Shown: one piece after another, positions 41,048-55,072 of the stretch | Layout of the letters: every line of letters begins with the position of its first letter | Numbering within the stretch: the first letter of the stretch is position 1 | Assembly (NCBI RefSeq): GCF_009914755.1 | Contig: NC_060927.1 | DNA: 64,000 nt | Reading direction: 5' to 3' (one strand) | Source: the human T2T-CHM13v2.0 reference genome, Homo sapiens | Translations under genes and position numbers: made by a program | The notes under the pieces: generated by a model | What the model was told of the DNA's origin: nothing | The model's input: only the letters and a program-made list of their open reading frames with translations | Database searches by the model: none

Positions 41048-41340
41048 CTTATTTTTTGAGACAAGGTCTCCCTCTGTTACCCAGGCTGGAGTGCAGTGGC
41101 ACAATCATAGCTCAATGCAGCCTCAACCTCCAGGTTCAAGCAATCCTCCTACTTCAGTCTCCCAAGTAGCTGGGACTACAGGAGCACGCCACCATGCTTA
41201 GCTAATTTTTTTATATTTTTTTATAGAGACGGGGTCTCACTATGTTGTTCAGGCTGGTCTTAACTTCTGGGCGCCAGCGATCCTCCTGCCTTGGCCTCCC
41301 AAAGTGCTGGGATTATAGGCGTGAGCCGCCACACCCACCG
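41048..41340 (-). mobile_element. Alu (AluJ-like)
   Basis: atcatagctcaatgcagcctcaacctcc; flanks share ttcacttta. Confidence 0.93.
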
Positions 41341-42059
41341 AGCCTGACTTCACTTTAGAGTTCCTCCTCTTCTCCACTGTAATTTACAGTCCTTAGTCTT
41401 TTTTTCTAACCCACTAAAGACTTTAGTCTCCTTGCTGGCCTTTCACCCCTCTGCTCCCTGTCACAACTACAAAAGAGGGGAAATGATGTGTCTTGTAAAC
41501 GAGTGTTTAGGACTTGCGGTAGCCCTTGAGATCAACATGTCTTGGATTCAAATCTTGACTCACTGCTTGCTAGCTCTGTCCCCTGTCTGAACCTCCAATT
41601 CTTCATTGGCACAATAAGCAGAAAACCTGTGATTATAAACCTTTCTATCCTGCTGGAGAAAAGGCTAGGCTCCTAGTTAGAGACCTTTCAGGCAATTCTG
41701 TTCCAATAAGTCCTCACTCATGGAGTTAGGAGTAAGGATGGTCTCAGGGTTGATAATGACTGCAGCAGTGGGAAGGGTGAAGGAGCAGGCAGGAAGGTGA
41801 CATTCGAAATATTCAACCAACTAATCACCATTGGCCTTGGCTCAGTTTTCCCATCTGTACAATGCGAATGAAGCTAACAGATCTGCCTCCTGAGGGTGTG
41901 ATGAGACTTGAGTGAGATAATGCCTGGGAAGTGCCAAGGCCAGGGCCCGGTACGTCACACATGATCAATGAATGGTTCTATTATTATCATCATCCCAGAG
42001 CTAGTGCCTTACAAGTCCTGAGTGTCACCCTCGGATCATGCCAAGAAACAGAAACATGA

Positions 42060-42390
<331 letters not shown>

Positions 42391-42945
42391 GTTTCTCAGA
42401 TTTTAGCATGCGTCGGAGTCACTTGGATACAGAGTCACCTTCATGGGTGCATGTTCAGTGTAGTCACACAGGGCTCCATGCGCAGAGGGCTCTCTGCTTG
42501 GCTTAGTGCCATGCAGTCACTGTCTTGAAAGTCTGAATTTCTGAATAAGGGATTGTGTATTTTCATTTTGCAGTAGCCCCTAAAAATTATGTAACCAGTG
42601 TTGTCTGGAGAACTTATTACAGCATAGATAACTGGCCCACCTCCAGATTTCTGATGTGGTAGTTCTGGAAGGTGGGCCCCTCAGATGTGCATTTCTGACA
42701 AGTTCACAGGTTGTGCTGGCACTGCTGGTCCATGGGCCACATTTTGAGAACCTGTATTGAGACTGTTGTTGTGAACACTGCTTATACATTAGAATTACCT
42801 GGAGAACCTAAAAAAAAGGCAAAATGCCTGGGATCTACCTTCACCCAATCAAATGGAATTGCTGTGAGTGCATTCTTGGCTTCAGTTGGTTTAAAAGCTC
42901 ACCAGGTGGTTCTAATGCACAGCGGGGGCTGCAAACCACAGGGTG
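42391..42945. mobile_element. Cluster: MER5A split by a MER91-like element (~42430-42604), followed by MER5B
   Basis: gtcacacagggctccatgcgcagaggg...ttcattttgca; tgcatttctgacaagtt...ggccacattttgagaac. Confidence 0.65.
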
Positions 42946-43323
42946 CGAGCAGAGAATCCTTGAACTTCCCTCAGGAAAAGAGTCCCCTGTGGGCATTACT
43001 TACCCACACAAACACCCCACCCTGTCCTAGAACCAGTGCTTTGGGGAATCTCCAGAGATGGGACAAGGAGGCTGTATGTTCAACAAGCACCTCAGATGAT
43101 CCTTGTCCTGCCACGATTCAGGAAAAACTGGTGCCTCCCACCATCCGGCCTACCACAAGTCCTAAACGCTCATTTGCAAGACACATCATTTTTCCCCTTT
43201 TGTAGTTTTGAGAGGGAGAAGAGGGGCGAAAGACCAGCAAGGAGACTAAGGTCCCCAGTGGGATAGAAAAAGAGACTAAAGGACTGTAAATTTCACTGGG
43301 GAAGAGGGAAAAAAGTGAAGTCA

Positions 43324-43405
43324 GGCTGAGTGTGGTGGCTCACACCTGTAATCCCAGCACTTTCGGAGGCCAAGGCAGGAGGATCGCTTGAACCCAGGAG
43401 TTGGA
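43324..43405 (+). mobile_element. Alu 5' fragment
   Basis: ggctgagtgtggtggctcacacctgtaatccc...aacccaggagtt. Confidence 0.85.
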
Positions 43406-43816
43406 CAGAGAACAGAGCTAGCAACTGGCGCCTGTACTTCTCAATCTTCCACGCACACAGGAAACACCTGGGATCTTGTTAGGCAGCAGATTCTGGTTCA
43501 GGAGGCCTGGAGTGGAGTCTAAGAATTTAGATTTCTCACCTGCTCCCAGAAATGCCACTGGTGCAGCGACCACAGTTTGAGAAACAAGAAGGTGATAGGG
43601 TGACTAAAATTTTGGTGAAGCAATCGCTGGTTGTCCTGTGAGAAAAGAAGCTGGTAAAAAAGGCCGTGTGCCCCAGCTTCTGTTTGTGTGTGAAGTGTTC
43701 ATTTCACCTTGAGGAAGCCAGATATTAGGGCTCGTTCTCAAAGTGGAGTCTGAGAAGTTCCAGTCATGCTATGGATAAGGAACTTGGCACGTGGCCGACA
43801 CTTATCCCGCAGAAGA

Positions 43817-44025
43817 GTTTTTTTTTTTTTTTTCTAATTTTAAAATCTATTTATTTATATGCTGAGACTGGGTTATGAGACTGGCTAATTTCTGTATTTT
43901 TGGCAGACATAGGGTTTTCACCATGTTGCCAAGGCTGCTCTTGAACACCTGGGCTCAAGCGATCCACCCGCCTTGGGTGGATTCCCAAAGTGCTGGGATC
44001 ACAAGCGTGAGGCACTGCACCCGGC
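43817..44025 (-). mobile_element. Atypical Alu monomer: left arm, linker, short non-Alu 3' segment and A tail
   Basis: Minus strand reads ...aaaaatacagaaattagccagtctcataacccagtctcagcatataaataaatagatttt...polyA. Confidence 0.85.
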
Positions 44026-44236
44026 CCTAGAGTAGTCCTTTTGCTTGGCCCATCAGAACATGGACCAGAGCCGTGGTTTCTGTTCCCGGTCCTCACACTG
44101 GCTGATGGTGAAACTCCAGACAAGGCCACTTCTCCTCTCTGAGCCTCCATCTGTGTACTGGTGAGATTGGCAGGATGTCTATTGGTCTACTTCACAGCTG
44201 CTTCTGGACGTCTCACTGTGAAGGTCCTTTGGATAA

Positions 44237-44838
<602 letters not shown>

Positions 44839-45119
44839 TGAGTAGGTGGAAGGCAGAGCACCCAGGTGAAGGGACAGGCACATGAACATGTGAACTCTAT
44901 TTAGGGGACAGCAGGGACCCAGGTCGGTAGGACGGGACATGGGAATGGATAATTCTAGGATCTTTTAGAACTGCAAGGCCCCTAACCAACCTATTCGTGC
45001 AGGGAAACAGAGGCTCTAAGTGAGGACATGTATCAGTAAAGCATCTTCAGTTACAGGTAATAGAAACGACAGTCCCAAGGAAGCCCGAAGCCTCGCCTAA
45101 GCTGGAGGTGGTTTTTTGG

Positions 45120-45720
45120 CAATTGAAATGACAAGCGCCTCGCCCACCTGTAGGCAGAGCAGTCGCCAGAAAACCTCCTTTGCCAGAGCACTGTCATAAA
45201 TTAATCTTTAATTTCCACCGCTGGGTCTGTGGCACAGCTAATCACGACCACTAATTGCATGACAAGCTTCTCCCTTTTCTTTTTATGTTTCCATATTAGC
45301 CTGTTTAGTATGCTTTGTGTCTGTTTATTTTATAGTCAGAAATACTTTTAATAGCCTAGTAAATTGAAAATGGACTTTACTACCATCTGACTTTACCAGA
45401 GTTTTACAACCACTCAATTAATGGTATAAGTAATCTTCCTTCATAATTAGATGGTTAGTAGCTTTGTCAGGCACTGCTGTTAACTAAATTAGTACTCAGC
45501 ATCCACCTAATCATAGTTTTGGGGGGCTCCAAATGGGAAACTTGCCAGCTTGGGGGCTGCCAGGATAGAGTGCCACGATTAGCTGGCTGTAAATACCGCC
45601 TGCAACTATATGGTTTAATATGGTGATAACGGGCATTTGTAGCTTACATAAATCTGAGCATTCCTGCTGACAGAGGAGAAATGGTTTTCCTTGGTTGCTA
45701 GGAAATAGAGTTAGTTCCTG
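45120..45720. promoter_or_regulatory. Candidate enhancer (homeodomain-motif-dense unique DNA)
   Basis: Repeat-free by eye; many TAAT/ATTA, TGTCATAAA, TGACA and an X-box-like GTTGCTAGGAAAT. Confidence 0.4.
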
Positions 45721-46564
45721 GGTCTCGCATGCTTCATTGGCTTCTCCCGGCAGCTGATGGATTCTCTACATGAGGGGAGAACAGCCCTTAGCCACCCAGA
45801 GTGAAGGTAGAAAGTATCAAATCCAGTTCCCCCCATGCACACACCAAGTGAGTCTACTCTGTGCGAGGTGATGCCTGTAGGATAGAGGCAGAAGGAGGAT
45901 GAAGTTAGATCTGTGCAGCATTGATGGTCTGAAGGCTGATTTTTAATGTCTGAAAACAATCACAATCTCTCATATGCCCAAGAATTTCTGCCAACTGTCA
46001 TACTTTGAAAGGAGACAGATTGTTTAAGTGCATGAGAAATTGGCAACTGGTAACATATAACCCAAGTGGTCCTATTTCCATATACTTACAGTAATTACAT
46101 CCCCCAAATATATTTCAGTATTTAACAAAAATTTAAGTTCCTTTAAAAAATAAATGTTCCTTGTTAGAAATAGTTTAACAACCCAAATATTTTCCATAAT
46201 TAAAATGCAAAGAAGACTGTATTTTCATAATGCAGGCACATTTGAGTGAAACTTCAGTAATTATCCAATCAGATTTCTGACACTCTCCTGAGTGTCCAGA
46301 GAGTAGATCCCAAACACTGACTAATGCTGCCATTCTATTTTTAAAACCTATATATCTGCCAGCTTTCTAAAACTTCTGAATTCTGACAACACTTGAAATT
46401 TGATTGAATAGTAGGTTCTTGAGACATCAAGAGGTGCTCAGCAGAGGTGTAAAAAAAGGGTCTTGTGGGAACAGGGAAAAACATATAGACCTATTTGGGC
46501 TGAGGGTGAGCAATGGTTTACCTGACTTTAATCGGGAAGTCAGTATTCTAGAAGGAAAATGAGA

Positions 46565-46760
46565 CTGGAGTTCAGATACTGCTGCTGCTCGTCACTAGCT
46601 GTGTGACCCTAGGCAACTTACTTAACCTCTCTGGGCCTGTTTCCTTCCTTGTAAAATGGGGATACTCTTTCTTCATAGAATTGTAGTAAGGATTGAAGGC
46701 AATGACAGAATGTAAAACACTTGGCAAACTGAGGGTTCGCTGCAGATCTGCAATAAATAT
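46565..46760 (+). mobile_element. MIR
   Basis: cactagctgtgtgaccctaggcaacttacttaacctctctggg...gtaaaatgggg. Confidence 0.85.
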
Positions 46761-47949
46761 TAGCTTCACTTCTTCCTTCTTTTCTCATTCCTTAAAACTC
46801 CCTACCCAGACTCCTTTTCTTTTTGTTCAGTTCAGCAAATGCTAGGTTCTACAGAAGACACCCCAAATAAGGTCCTATTTCCAGAGGCCTTCAGTCTCCT
46901 GGACTTTTAACTCCCTGCCCACCCCCCAACCCTGCCCAAATATCATAGTTGGAGGAGGAAATGTCTTTTCTAAAAGCTGTTTAAGGAGTCTATGAAGCTT
47001 CTGTTATGTGGACCTTCCTGAAATTTCCTCTGAAAGGCCTCCATACAATACCACTAGAGTAAACATAAAAGCAGAAATCAATTCCGTGGCTGAGGAGACT
47101 TAAAGTGATTTGAATTGTGAGCAGTTGACTGGTATTTATCCAGTCCTAGCAAAATGAGAATTATCTTGGTGGACACAACCTTTTCCATCACCAAAGGACT
47201 GATCTTTAATATTTAAGAAAAAAATTACTCTCTGGTCTTTATGGCAGTGTGGATGATAGAGGCAACAAAACATCCTGCTATTTGTAAGACAGTAAGGAAG
47301 GTCAGGAAGGTGTGAGGCTGGTTGGGAGGTAGCCTGGAGAGGTGGGCTCCGTGAGTCACTGTGAGGGGGTTACACTTTATCCTAAGGTCAATGGACAGCA
47401 CTAAAGGTATGAGAAGCCACAAGGTCAGAGATGTGACACAGTGACAGAGTAGGATGCAAGGACTAAGTTGGGCGGAGTTCAAAACTAAGGCTACGGACAG
47501 GGGGAGAATCCACCAGGGTCATCTTTTATAAGGTGCCTGCTGCATGGGGTGGGGGTAGCAGCTGACAGCACCACAGGACCAGATAGCTTAGGAGTGGGAG
47601 TAAATTGCCTGTAAACTCTGATGGGTATACCACTGTATCAGGCTGAACTGAGGAATGAGGCTGTATATGTGTAATTTATGTACCTGTTTGAATCCTGGGC
47701 TCTCAAATAAATTTAGCTCCTGGCCAACAGCCTGAGCACATGTGTTGGGCTGGAGGACTGCCATGGAGGACAACCAGAGTGGAAATTGAGAATGGATGAC
47801 GTGAAGTGCAATTGCTCTTTGGAGAAAAGCCACAGCCTACCTCCACCTCCCACCCAACAAGGTTTGGGGAGGTGATATCAGACAAGAGTTCTTGGGACAG
47901 AGCTTAGTTTCCCTCTAAAGTTACCTTGGTTTTTTTTCCAAGATCACAT

Positions 47950-48115
47950 CTACAAACTGCGTGAACTTGGGGAAATTAATCTCTCTGTAGCCTCAGTTTC
48001 CTTATTATAGAATGACAGTGATGAAACTACCTACCTTGTAGGTTGTCATAAGAATTAAATAACTCAATATATATGTGAAACACTTAGAACATAATCTGGT
48101 ACTTAGTAAACAGTT
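47950..48115 (+). mobile_element. MIR
   Basis: cctcagtttcctt...acacttagaac. Confidence 0.7.
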
Positions 48116-49424
48116 GTTCAGGATTAGCTGCTGTTATTACTATCACAGTGACTTCATGTAGCCATTGGACACTGTTCGTTCAACAACCATTAAGTGCCCA
48201 TCTTCTATAGGTTAGATGCCAGGGATACAAAGATAAACCATGCGTAATATTTATTCTCTAGGAACTCCCCAATATTTTCATTTTAAACTGGAGCCTTAAA
48301 TAATTTAACACAAAAATGAAGGAGAAACTTGAGAATTTCTTGCATTTTGGTAAAGCCAAGGAATGTATTGTGAGAGAAGACTTTTAGACAGGCAATTGTT
48401 GCTTTTTTGCCCCAAGTCCCAGGAATTTCACTCTATCCTCCCATCAACCCAATGAGATAGGAACTATTATTGCTGCTCCTGTTTTATAGACCAAAAAATA
48501 ATACATTGCTTTTAGTTACACAACCAATAGTTACACAACTAATAAGAGGCAGAGGTAGGATTTGAACCTATTATCCAACTCTGATGCTCAATCTCTAACC
48601 CACGGTATGTCATATTGTCTCTTAGGGTAATAAATGTGGGTGCAAGGCAAGTAGAAGCTGATGTAAATTGCAGCAAGACTAATTAAGGAAGGTATTTTTG
48701 AGAGCAGGGACCAAGACAAATGGGAGAGAGAGGGTCAGCCACGGAAAACGGTGACATCCTCCATAAGTTTAATATATTTTGTCTGGAGGCAAGAATTCAA
48801 TTCAATAATTTCTCCATATACAATACTGACTGAAAACCCGTTGGACACATGCCATTCTGCTTCTGCAGGGCCTGGAGTTAAGACATGTTCCTTGCTATGT
48901 TTGACCGGCCCTGGAAATCTTACAGTGCAAGGACACCTTCTTGCCAAATACTAAAGGAATGGAATGTTCTCCCTACAACTCACTGGACAGCTCTGGCCAT
49001 TGGGCAAGCTTTAAAATGCCAGCCATTGGAATGGTAATGAAGTGAGGTGCTTAAAAGCTTAGATCCTGGGGGTTCCGGTTGGTTGCAAGAAGGGACAGTA
49101 CCCCCTTTCCCACCGGGGTGATTGGAAATGTGTGAAGGTGGTTCTGGTTGTCCCAGTGACTGGGAGTTTCCATTGGCATTTAGCGGGCAGGGGCCAAGGT
49201 TGAAGAATATCCCATAATTTCCATGAAAGTCCAGCTCCAAATAAACTTAGTAACCCCACTGAGACTTTTTCACATTCCAAACTCTCCCCATAGTCGCTAC
49301 CTGGCCTTGTGACTGTGTTGATCAGCAGCAGACCCACTCTGACTATAGGGATGGAGACACAGAGCTACGTTTTTACCACTCCTGGACTCACTTTCCACCT
49401 AGAGCGAGATCAACCTCTTAGCCT

Positions 49425-49800
49425 CCGTATAAGTCCACCAGGGCTGCAACAACAAAGTACCACAGGCTGGGTGGATTACACAAGGAACATTGATTTTCTC
49501 ACAGTTCTGGAGGCAGGGAAGTTCAAGCTCAAGGTTGGTTCCCAGTAAGGGCCCTCTGGCTCTCTTCCTGGCTTGTAGGCGGCCATTATCTCTCTGCGTG
49601 CTCACAAAATCTCTTTGTGCATGCAGAGTAGGACAGGAAGAGAGGGAGAGAGGTGTGTCACTCTCTGGTGTATCTTCTTTTAAGGACACTAATCCTTAAA
49701 TGAAGCTCCTGTCCTCATGACCTCATCTAACCCCAGTTGCCTCCCAGAGGCCCCACCTCCAAATGCCATCAATGATGGGGGATACATTTAAATCCATAGA
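49425..49800 (-). mobile_element. MLT1A-like LTR
   Basis: gggctgcaacaacaaagtaccacaggctggg...taaggacactaatcc...ccccacctccaaatgccatc. Confidence 0.8.
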
Positions 49801-50889
49801 CGCCTCACTGGGAAGTCTGCATAATGGCTATTTGAATCCTGGAGAAAGGGCAAATTACTCTATACTTCCTTCGTGCAAAGTCAAGAGCTCAGGCTAAAGC
49901 GCATTTAACCGTAGGCCTCAGCCACAGAAGCAAATCGAGACCTTTTAGGAGAGAGGTATTGACAGCAAAAAGTCAGGCTCAGAGAATTATTCAGAAACAA
50001 CTAAAATGAGATGTCACTGGCATAAATTCTGATGGCTTTTCATCATGCAGTGTTAGCAGGACCACCTGAAGATCTAGCCCTGCAGTGCTGCTCATTTGCT
50101 TTCTAATTATTAAAAAGCTTCAAATGATGAATTTAAGAGCTTTTATTATGGGATTTCATGAAGTTTTTATTTGAGAAGAATGGGGTTTGGGTAGAGATTT
50201 CCAAAATCTATGGCTAGTGATGTCTTTTGAAGACTGCTGCTACGTTCTCAAAACTGAGGGCAGGGACTGTTTCTGTCTCCCTAGTTGGCCGTCGTATCCT
50301 GCAGATGAGTCTTGTCAATGAAACACAAGATTCTGCACCAAGAGAAGTGGCTCTTTTCTCTTTTTGAAACCCATGCCCCGTGATCTTACATTAACTTGGG
50401 TGTCTGCCCACATCTGTCAGAATTCTTTTGTTTTCAAATGACGGAGCCTCCATTCACATTTTCGTCAGCAGGAAATATAACGAATCGGCATGTCACAGAA
50501 AATCCAGAGGTACTTTGGCTTCGGGTACACCTGAATCCAGACATTTCAGCAGAGCTATCAGTGGGTACTAGTGCCTCTCTGCTTCTTTCCATCCCTCAGC
50601 TTTAATTTCATCGACACTGGTTTCATTCTCAGGGCAGGAGGACTGCCAGGTGTCCAGCTTGGCGCGGTGCTTAGTTTTTGTGATCTCAGGAGCAAGTGCA
50701 TCCTCCTAGATAGTGCTAACAAACGTTCCAGGGAAAACTGTGGTTGATCCAGGTTGCATTGGAGCCCTGAAGTGATCACTGTGTTGGAGGTGACAGTGCT
50801 TGAATCAGGTGTAAACTCCTAGGTCTTTTCTACCTAACCCTTACAACCTGAAATGAGGCTTGGGGAAGATGCTGTTAGGCCCCACCCAT

Positions 50890-51322
50890 TAGCCCTGACA
50901 CTCACTATTCCCGCATGCCTGGCTTCCTAGTGGAAGTACCCATGACTTGACCCAGGGGCTTCCTCTGGACAGAGGAGTAGGTGGCACTCATGCACAGGGC
51001 AGGGCAGAGGGTCAGGAAACAGCTGTCAATCAATGACATGTAGGAATTGATGGAAAAAGACTCCAGCTTCCTCAAAACCACCTCCCAGGTGGAACAACTC
51101 AAATATATGCTCTACCCTGCCTTCCAGAGGTCCCCAGCACAACTGAGCTCTAGTTGCCCACAGTGGCAACCTGCTCCCCAATACACCCTCTGATTGGCTT
51201 CTGTCTCTTCCCTGTTTCACTCTCCCACTCCTCTGCTGTGCATCCTGCAATTGTCTTCCAAATAAACTACTTGTAGTCAAATCCTTGTCGTCTGTATCTT
51301 CTGAAGGAATCCCAACTAAGTC
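50890..51322 (+). mobile_element. LTR33-like LTR
   Basis: agactccagcttcctc...gttgcccacagtggcaacctgc...ccaaataaactacttg. Confidence 0.6.
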
Positions 51323-51444
51323 AGGGATGCTGGGTTCTCAAGAAGTTTATGTCCACCAAACTGTCTGCAGGTGGGCCCTGCCATCATAGAGAGCACTTCT
51401 TACCTTAGGGCTGGGGTCCATGTTATTTTTAAAAGTATATATTT

Positions 51445-51855
51445 GAGAAGCATATGCCAAGATGGGATTAAATGTATACAGATTTTATTATAAAAAACAC
51501 TCATGAGAGAAAATCGAGAAGGGGCTGGAAGAGGTTGGGAGAGCTGTCAGACTACAGTGCAGGTCTAACTCTGTGTAAAGGAGAGAGGGAAGGAAGGTCG
51601 AGCAGATGTGCTCTAGAATGTGTGTAGTCCAAAGTTCACCAAGATGACTCGCTAAATTCAGCCATCAAAGGAGCTCACATCTCCCAGAAATGGGCCTGCC
51701 TCAGTTTTCCCACTTGGTCGTTGGCTGGGAGCAGCCTGTGGGGAGTGTGGCTTTGGTGCAAATGCAGGGATGGATCCAAGAGCACAGCAGCCAGGGCACT
51801 TGGCCAGTTAGGCTCCCTGTAGTCTGCAGGGCACATTCTCATGGGGGCCACACAT
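51445..51855 (-). mobile_element. LTR16/LTR33-group LTR
   Basis: gggagagctgtcagactacagtgcaggtct...ggctgggagcagcctgtggg. Confidence 0.5.
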
Positions 51856-51984
51856 ATTATAAGAATTCCCACACTTTCTCAGACTAAGGTGTTTGCCTCA
51901 CCTTTCTGAGCCTCAGAAAGCTTGTTGTGGGGCTCAAATAAGACCATATCTGTGAAAGCCAGTATTTAAAAAAATAGAATATGT

Positions 51985-52336
51985 GGCTGGGCATGGTGGC
52001 TCACTCTTGTGATCCTAGAGCCTTGAGAGGCCAAGGCAGGAAGATCACTCAAGGCCAGGGTATGAGATCAGCCTGGTGACATAGCAAGACCCTCGCTCTA
52101 CAAAAATAAAAAAAAATTAGCAGGGTGTGGTGGCATGTGCCTATAGTCCCAGCTACTCAGGAGGATGAGGTAGGAGGATCAGTTGAGCCCAGGAGTTTGA
52201 GGCTGCAGTGAGCTATGATGGCATCACTGCACTCCAGCCTGGGTGACAGAGCAAAATCCTGTCTTAAAATACATACATGTATATGTATGTGTTTGTATAT
52301 ATATGTGTGTGTGTGTATATATACATATATATATAT
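51985..52336 (+). mobile_element. AluJ with (TACA)/(TG)/(TA) microsatellite tail
   Basis: gaggctgcagtgagctatgat; TSD gaatatgt. Confidence 0.93.
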
Positions 52337-52824
52337 GAATATGTAATGAGAGCCAGTGGGATTCAGGCCCCAGGGACAACAGAAGCTTGTGGCATTAATG
52401 CTCCTGTAACAGAGAATTCTGGTCTGTGGGCAAAAAGGCAGTGAACAAAGCCCTGTTTGGATTCAGTGTCTCTCCTGCCTTCTGCAAGCCATAAAAGGCA
52501 ACACATTCTAAGTGTGGCAAAAATTTCCCATGCATTTTTTTTTTTTTTTTACCAGCGCTATGTACATTTGAAAGTAAATCTGATCAGATTAATCTCAGAA
52601 CCATTAAAACTGCTTAAAATCTGATCTTATAGAAGCTGTTTCAAAAATCTCCAATATCTTTTTGTGCATTTCTTTAGAGACAGAGTTGCCATTGTTTGCT
52701 AAGGGTAAGTGGAGTACATTTGGAATTCCCTCCCCTATCAGGAAGTTGTGCTTCCTGCCTGCAGAGCACTTCTCATTCCCAAGCCTGCTAGAGAGGTCCT
52801 CATAACTGCTCAGATAGTCTAGAT

Positions 52825-53082
52825 CAGGGGTTGGAAAACTATGGCCTGTGGGCCAAATCTGGCCTGCTGCCTCTGTTTATAAAAAAAAGTTTTATTGGAA
52901 GGCAGCTACACTCATTTGCTTATATATTGTCCATAGCTTTATGTATATGTTTGTATATGTTTATACATATGTCTATGGCTTGTACTACAGCAGAGTTGAG
53001 TAGCTGCAATATAGACCACATGATCTACAAAGTCTAAAATGTTTACTACCTAGTCCTTTAAGAAAAAGTTTACTGAACCCTG
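52825..53082. mobile_element. MER58 (hAT-Charlie)
   Basis: caggggttggaaaact...gtttactgaaccctg; exact 8 bp TSD gtctagat. Confidence 0.9.
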
Positions 53083-53398
53083 GTCTAGATAATTTCCAAA
53101 AGGCAATAAATAGGAGGGAAAGAAAGAGAATATAGGACAGGATAGAAGAAAAAAAAGAATATACAGTTAAAACATTTCTTAACCCTCATAGCAATGTAAT
53201 AAGGCTGACATGAAATAGGAGGAAATTGAAGCAAAGGCAGATAAATGGCTGGCTCAAGGTCATACAGTCAGCAGATAATGGAGCTAGGATTTGAACCCAT
53301 TTCTCTTTGACTCCAAAGCTCAGGATTTTCAACTTAGTCTGTTTGTAGAAGTCACTGTGTCAACAAGGAGTGGCCCCAACATGATTTCTTACCCCAGT

Positions 53399-53892
53399 TG
53401 TGATGGTTAACTTTGTGCCAACTTAACTGAGGCATGGGATGCCCAGATAGCTGTTTAAATATTTCTGCATGTGTCTGCGAAGGTGTTTCTGGATGAGATG
53501 AGCATTTGAATTGGTCGAACTGAGTAAAGGAGATCACTTTCACCAATGTCGGCGCTATCTTGCAGTCAGTTGAGGCAGAAGAAGGGTGAATTTGTTCTCT
53601 CTACTTGAGCTAGGACATCCATCTTCTTCTACACTCATCATCATCAGTGCTCCTGGTTTGGGGGTCTTTGAGACTTTCAGGCCTTCGGGACTCAGATGGA
53701 GACTTACACCATCAACTCTCTGGTTCTCGGGCCTTCCAACTTCACCACCGGCTCTCCTAGGTCTCCAGCTTGCAGACGGCAGATGGTGGGACTTCCCAGC
53801 CTCCATAACTGCATGAGCCAATACCTTATAATAAATCTCTCTCTATATATCACCTATTAGTTCTATTTCTCTAGAGAACCCAGACTAATATA
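53399..53892 (+). mobile_element. MLT2 (ERVL) solo LTR
   Basis: tgtgatggttaactt...tctagagaacccagactaatata; 5 bp TSD ccagt/ctagt. Confidence 0.88.
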
Positions 53893-54204
53893 CTAGTCAA
53901 ATAAAAATATTCTTTAATATGGACATTTTCTCAATATTATGTAAAATTTGAATGATAGCACTTTTAACTCTAAGAAAAGCTGTCTGCTTGCTGTATAAAC
54001 AATGCTCGAAAATAAGCCCATCATTGCTGTGATCTAATAAAGTCAACACTGTAGATCACTTACGAAGGAGTTGGAACTGTGATTCATAAAGACTACATCA
54101 CCTGTAACTAGGGCCATCTCTAAAAAAAAAAATCATTAAATGAATAAACTTTGCCTCAAAGGTCCTCATCTCTCCTTTTGGAAGGTCTCACAAATTACTC
54201 AATA

Positions 54205-54345
54205 TTCCTAGGTCTCAGTTTTCTCATCTGTTAAATGGGAATAATTAGAGTACCTTGCTCATAGGGTTGTTTTGAGGATTAAATGAGATCATCTACATAG
54301 AGTCTTGCTGTGGGCCGGGACATAGCGGGAGCTCAATAAGTGTTA
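54205..54345 (+). mobile_element. MIR
   Basis: ctcagttttctcatctgttaaatgggaataat. Confidence 0.8.
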
Positions 54346-55072
54346 TCACCTTCAGTCCCGAGCTGTCCCAGGTAATGTCCACCAGGACTTGCTTTTTATC
54401 ATAACATTCTCACATTTAGTGTTTTAGCTTCTGAAGCAAAACTTAAAAATTCTATGTTCTGTTCTCCCAAAGCTTCAATCTGTTTTCCACAAGCTATCCC
54501 AGGGGATGTGGGGAGGGAGATGAATGTATAGTCATTATTTCTAAAGACATATTATTCTCCCAGGGAAGACATTTAATAATGTACATGGGCCTGAAAGTTC
54601 ACCAGTTCTTCACACCCAAAATGTCCCAAGGAGAATTCCTACTCTTTCCCCGTAACCTGCTCTCTCCACCCCACCCCTAGGCGCCCAGTGATATCACCAC
54701 TCACCTGGGCTTGGACTGGGGAAGTGGCCCTTGACCATGCCCTCACTCATTCACCAGGTTCAGCCCCTTCCAAAGCCCTGCCTCTCTTCTCTTTCTGTGC
54801 CCCAAATTCCTGCCATTTTCTTGTACGAACTGTCATTCTCCATTTTCTAACTAGTAATCTCTAGTTTCCTCCTTTTTCCAATTAACCTGACCCAGACCTG
54901 TCAGATCCAATTCTGGCCAAGTCACTTCCTGTGCAGAAATCGTCCATGTTTCCCCAGGGCAAAAGTCCAAATACCTCAACCTGGTACCCAGGGTTCCTGC
55001 ACTGTGGCCCCAGCTTCCCTGGCTGGCCTTAACTCCATTGCCCATACTATGGTCAAGGGTGGTGTTTAAATA

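Noticed and set aside
43817-44025. BC200 or snaR gene copy
   Set aside because: Lacks the BC200 unique 3' domain and the snaR-specific sequence as recalled; treated as an Alu monomer variant.
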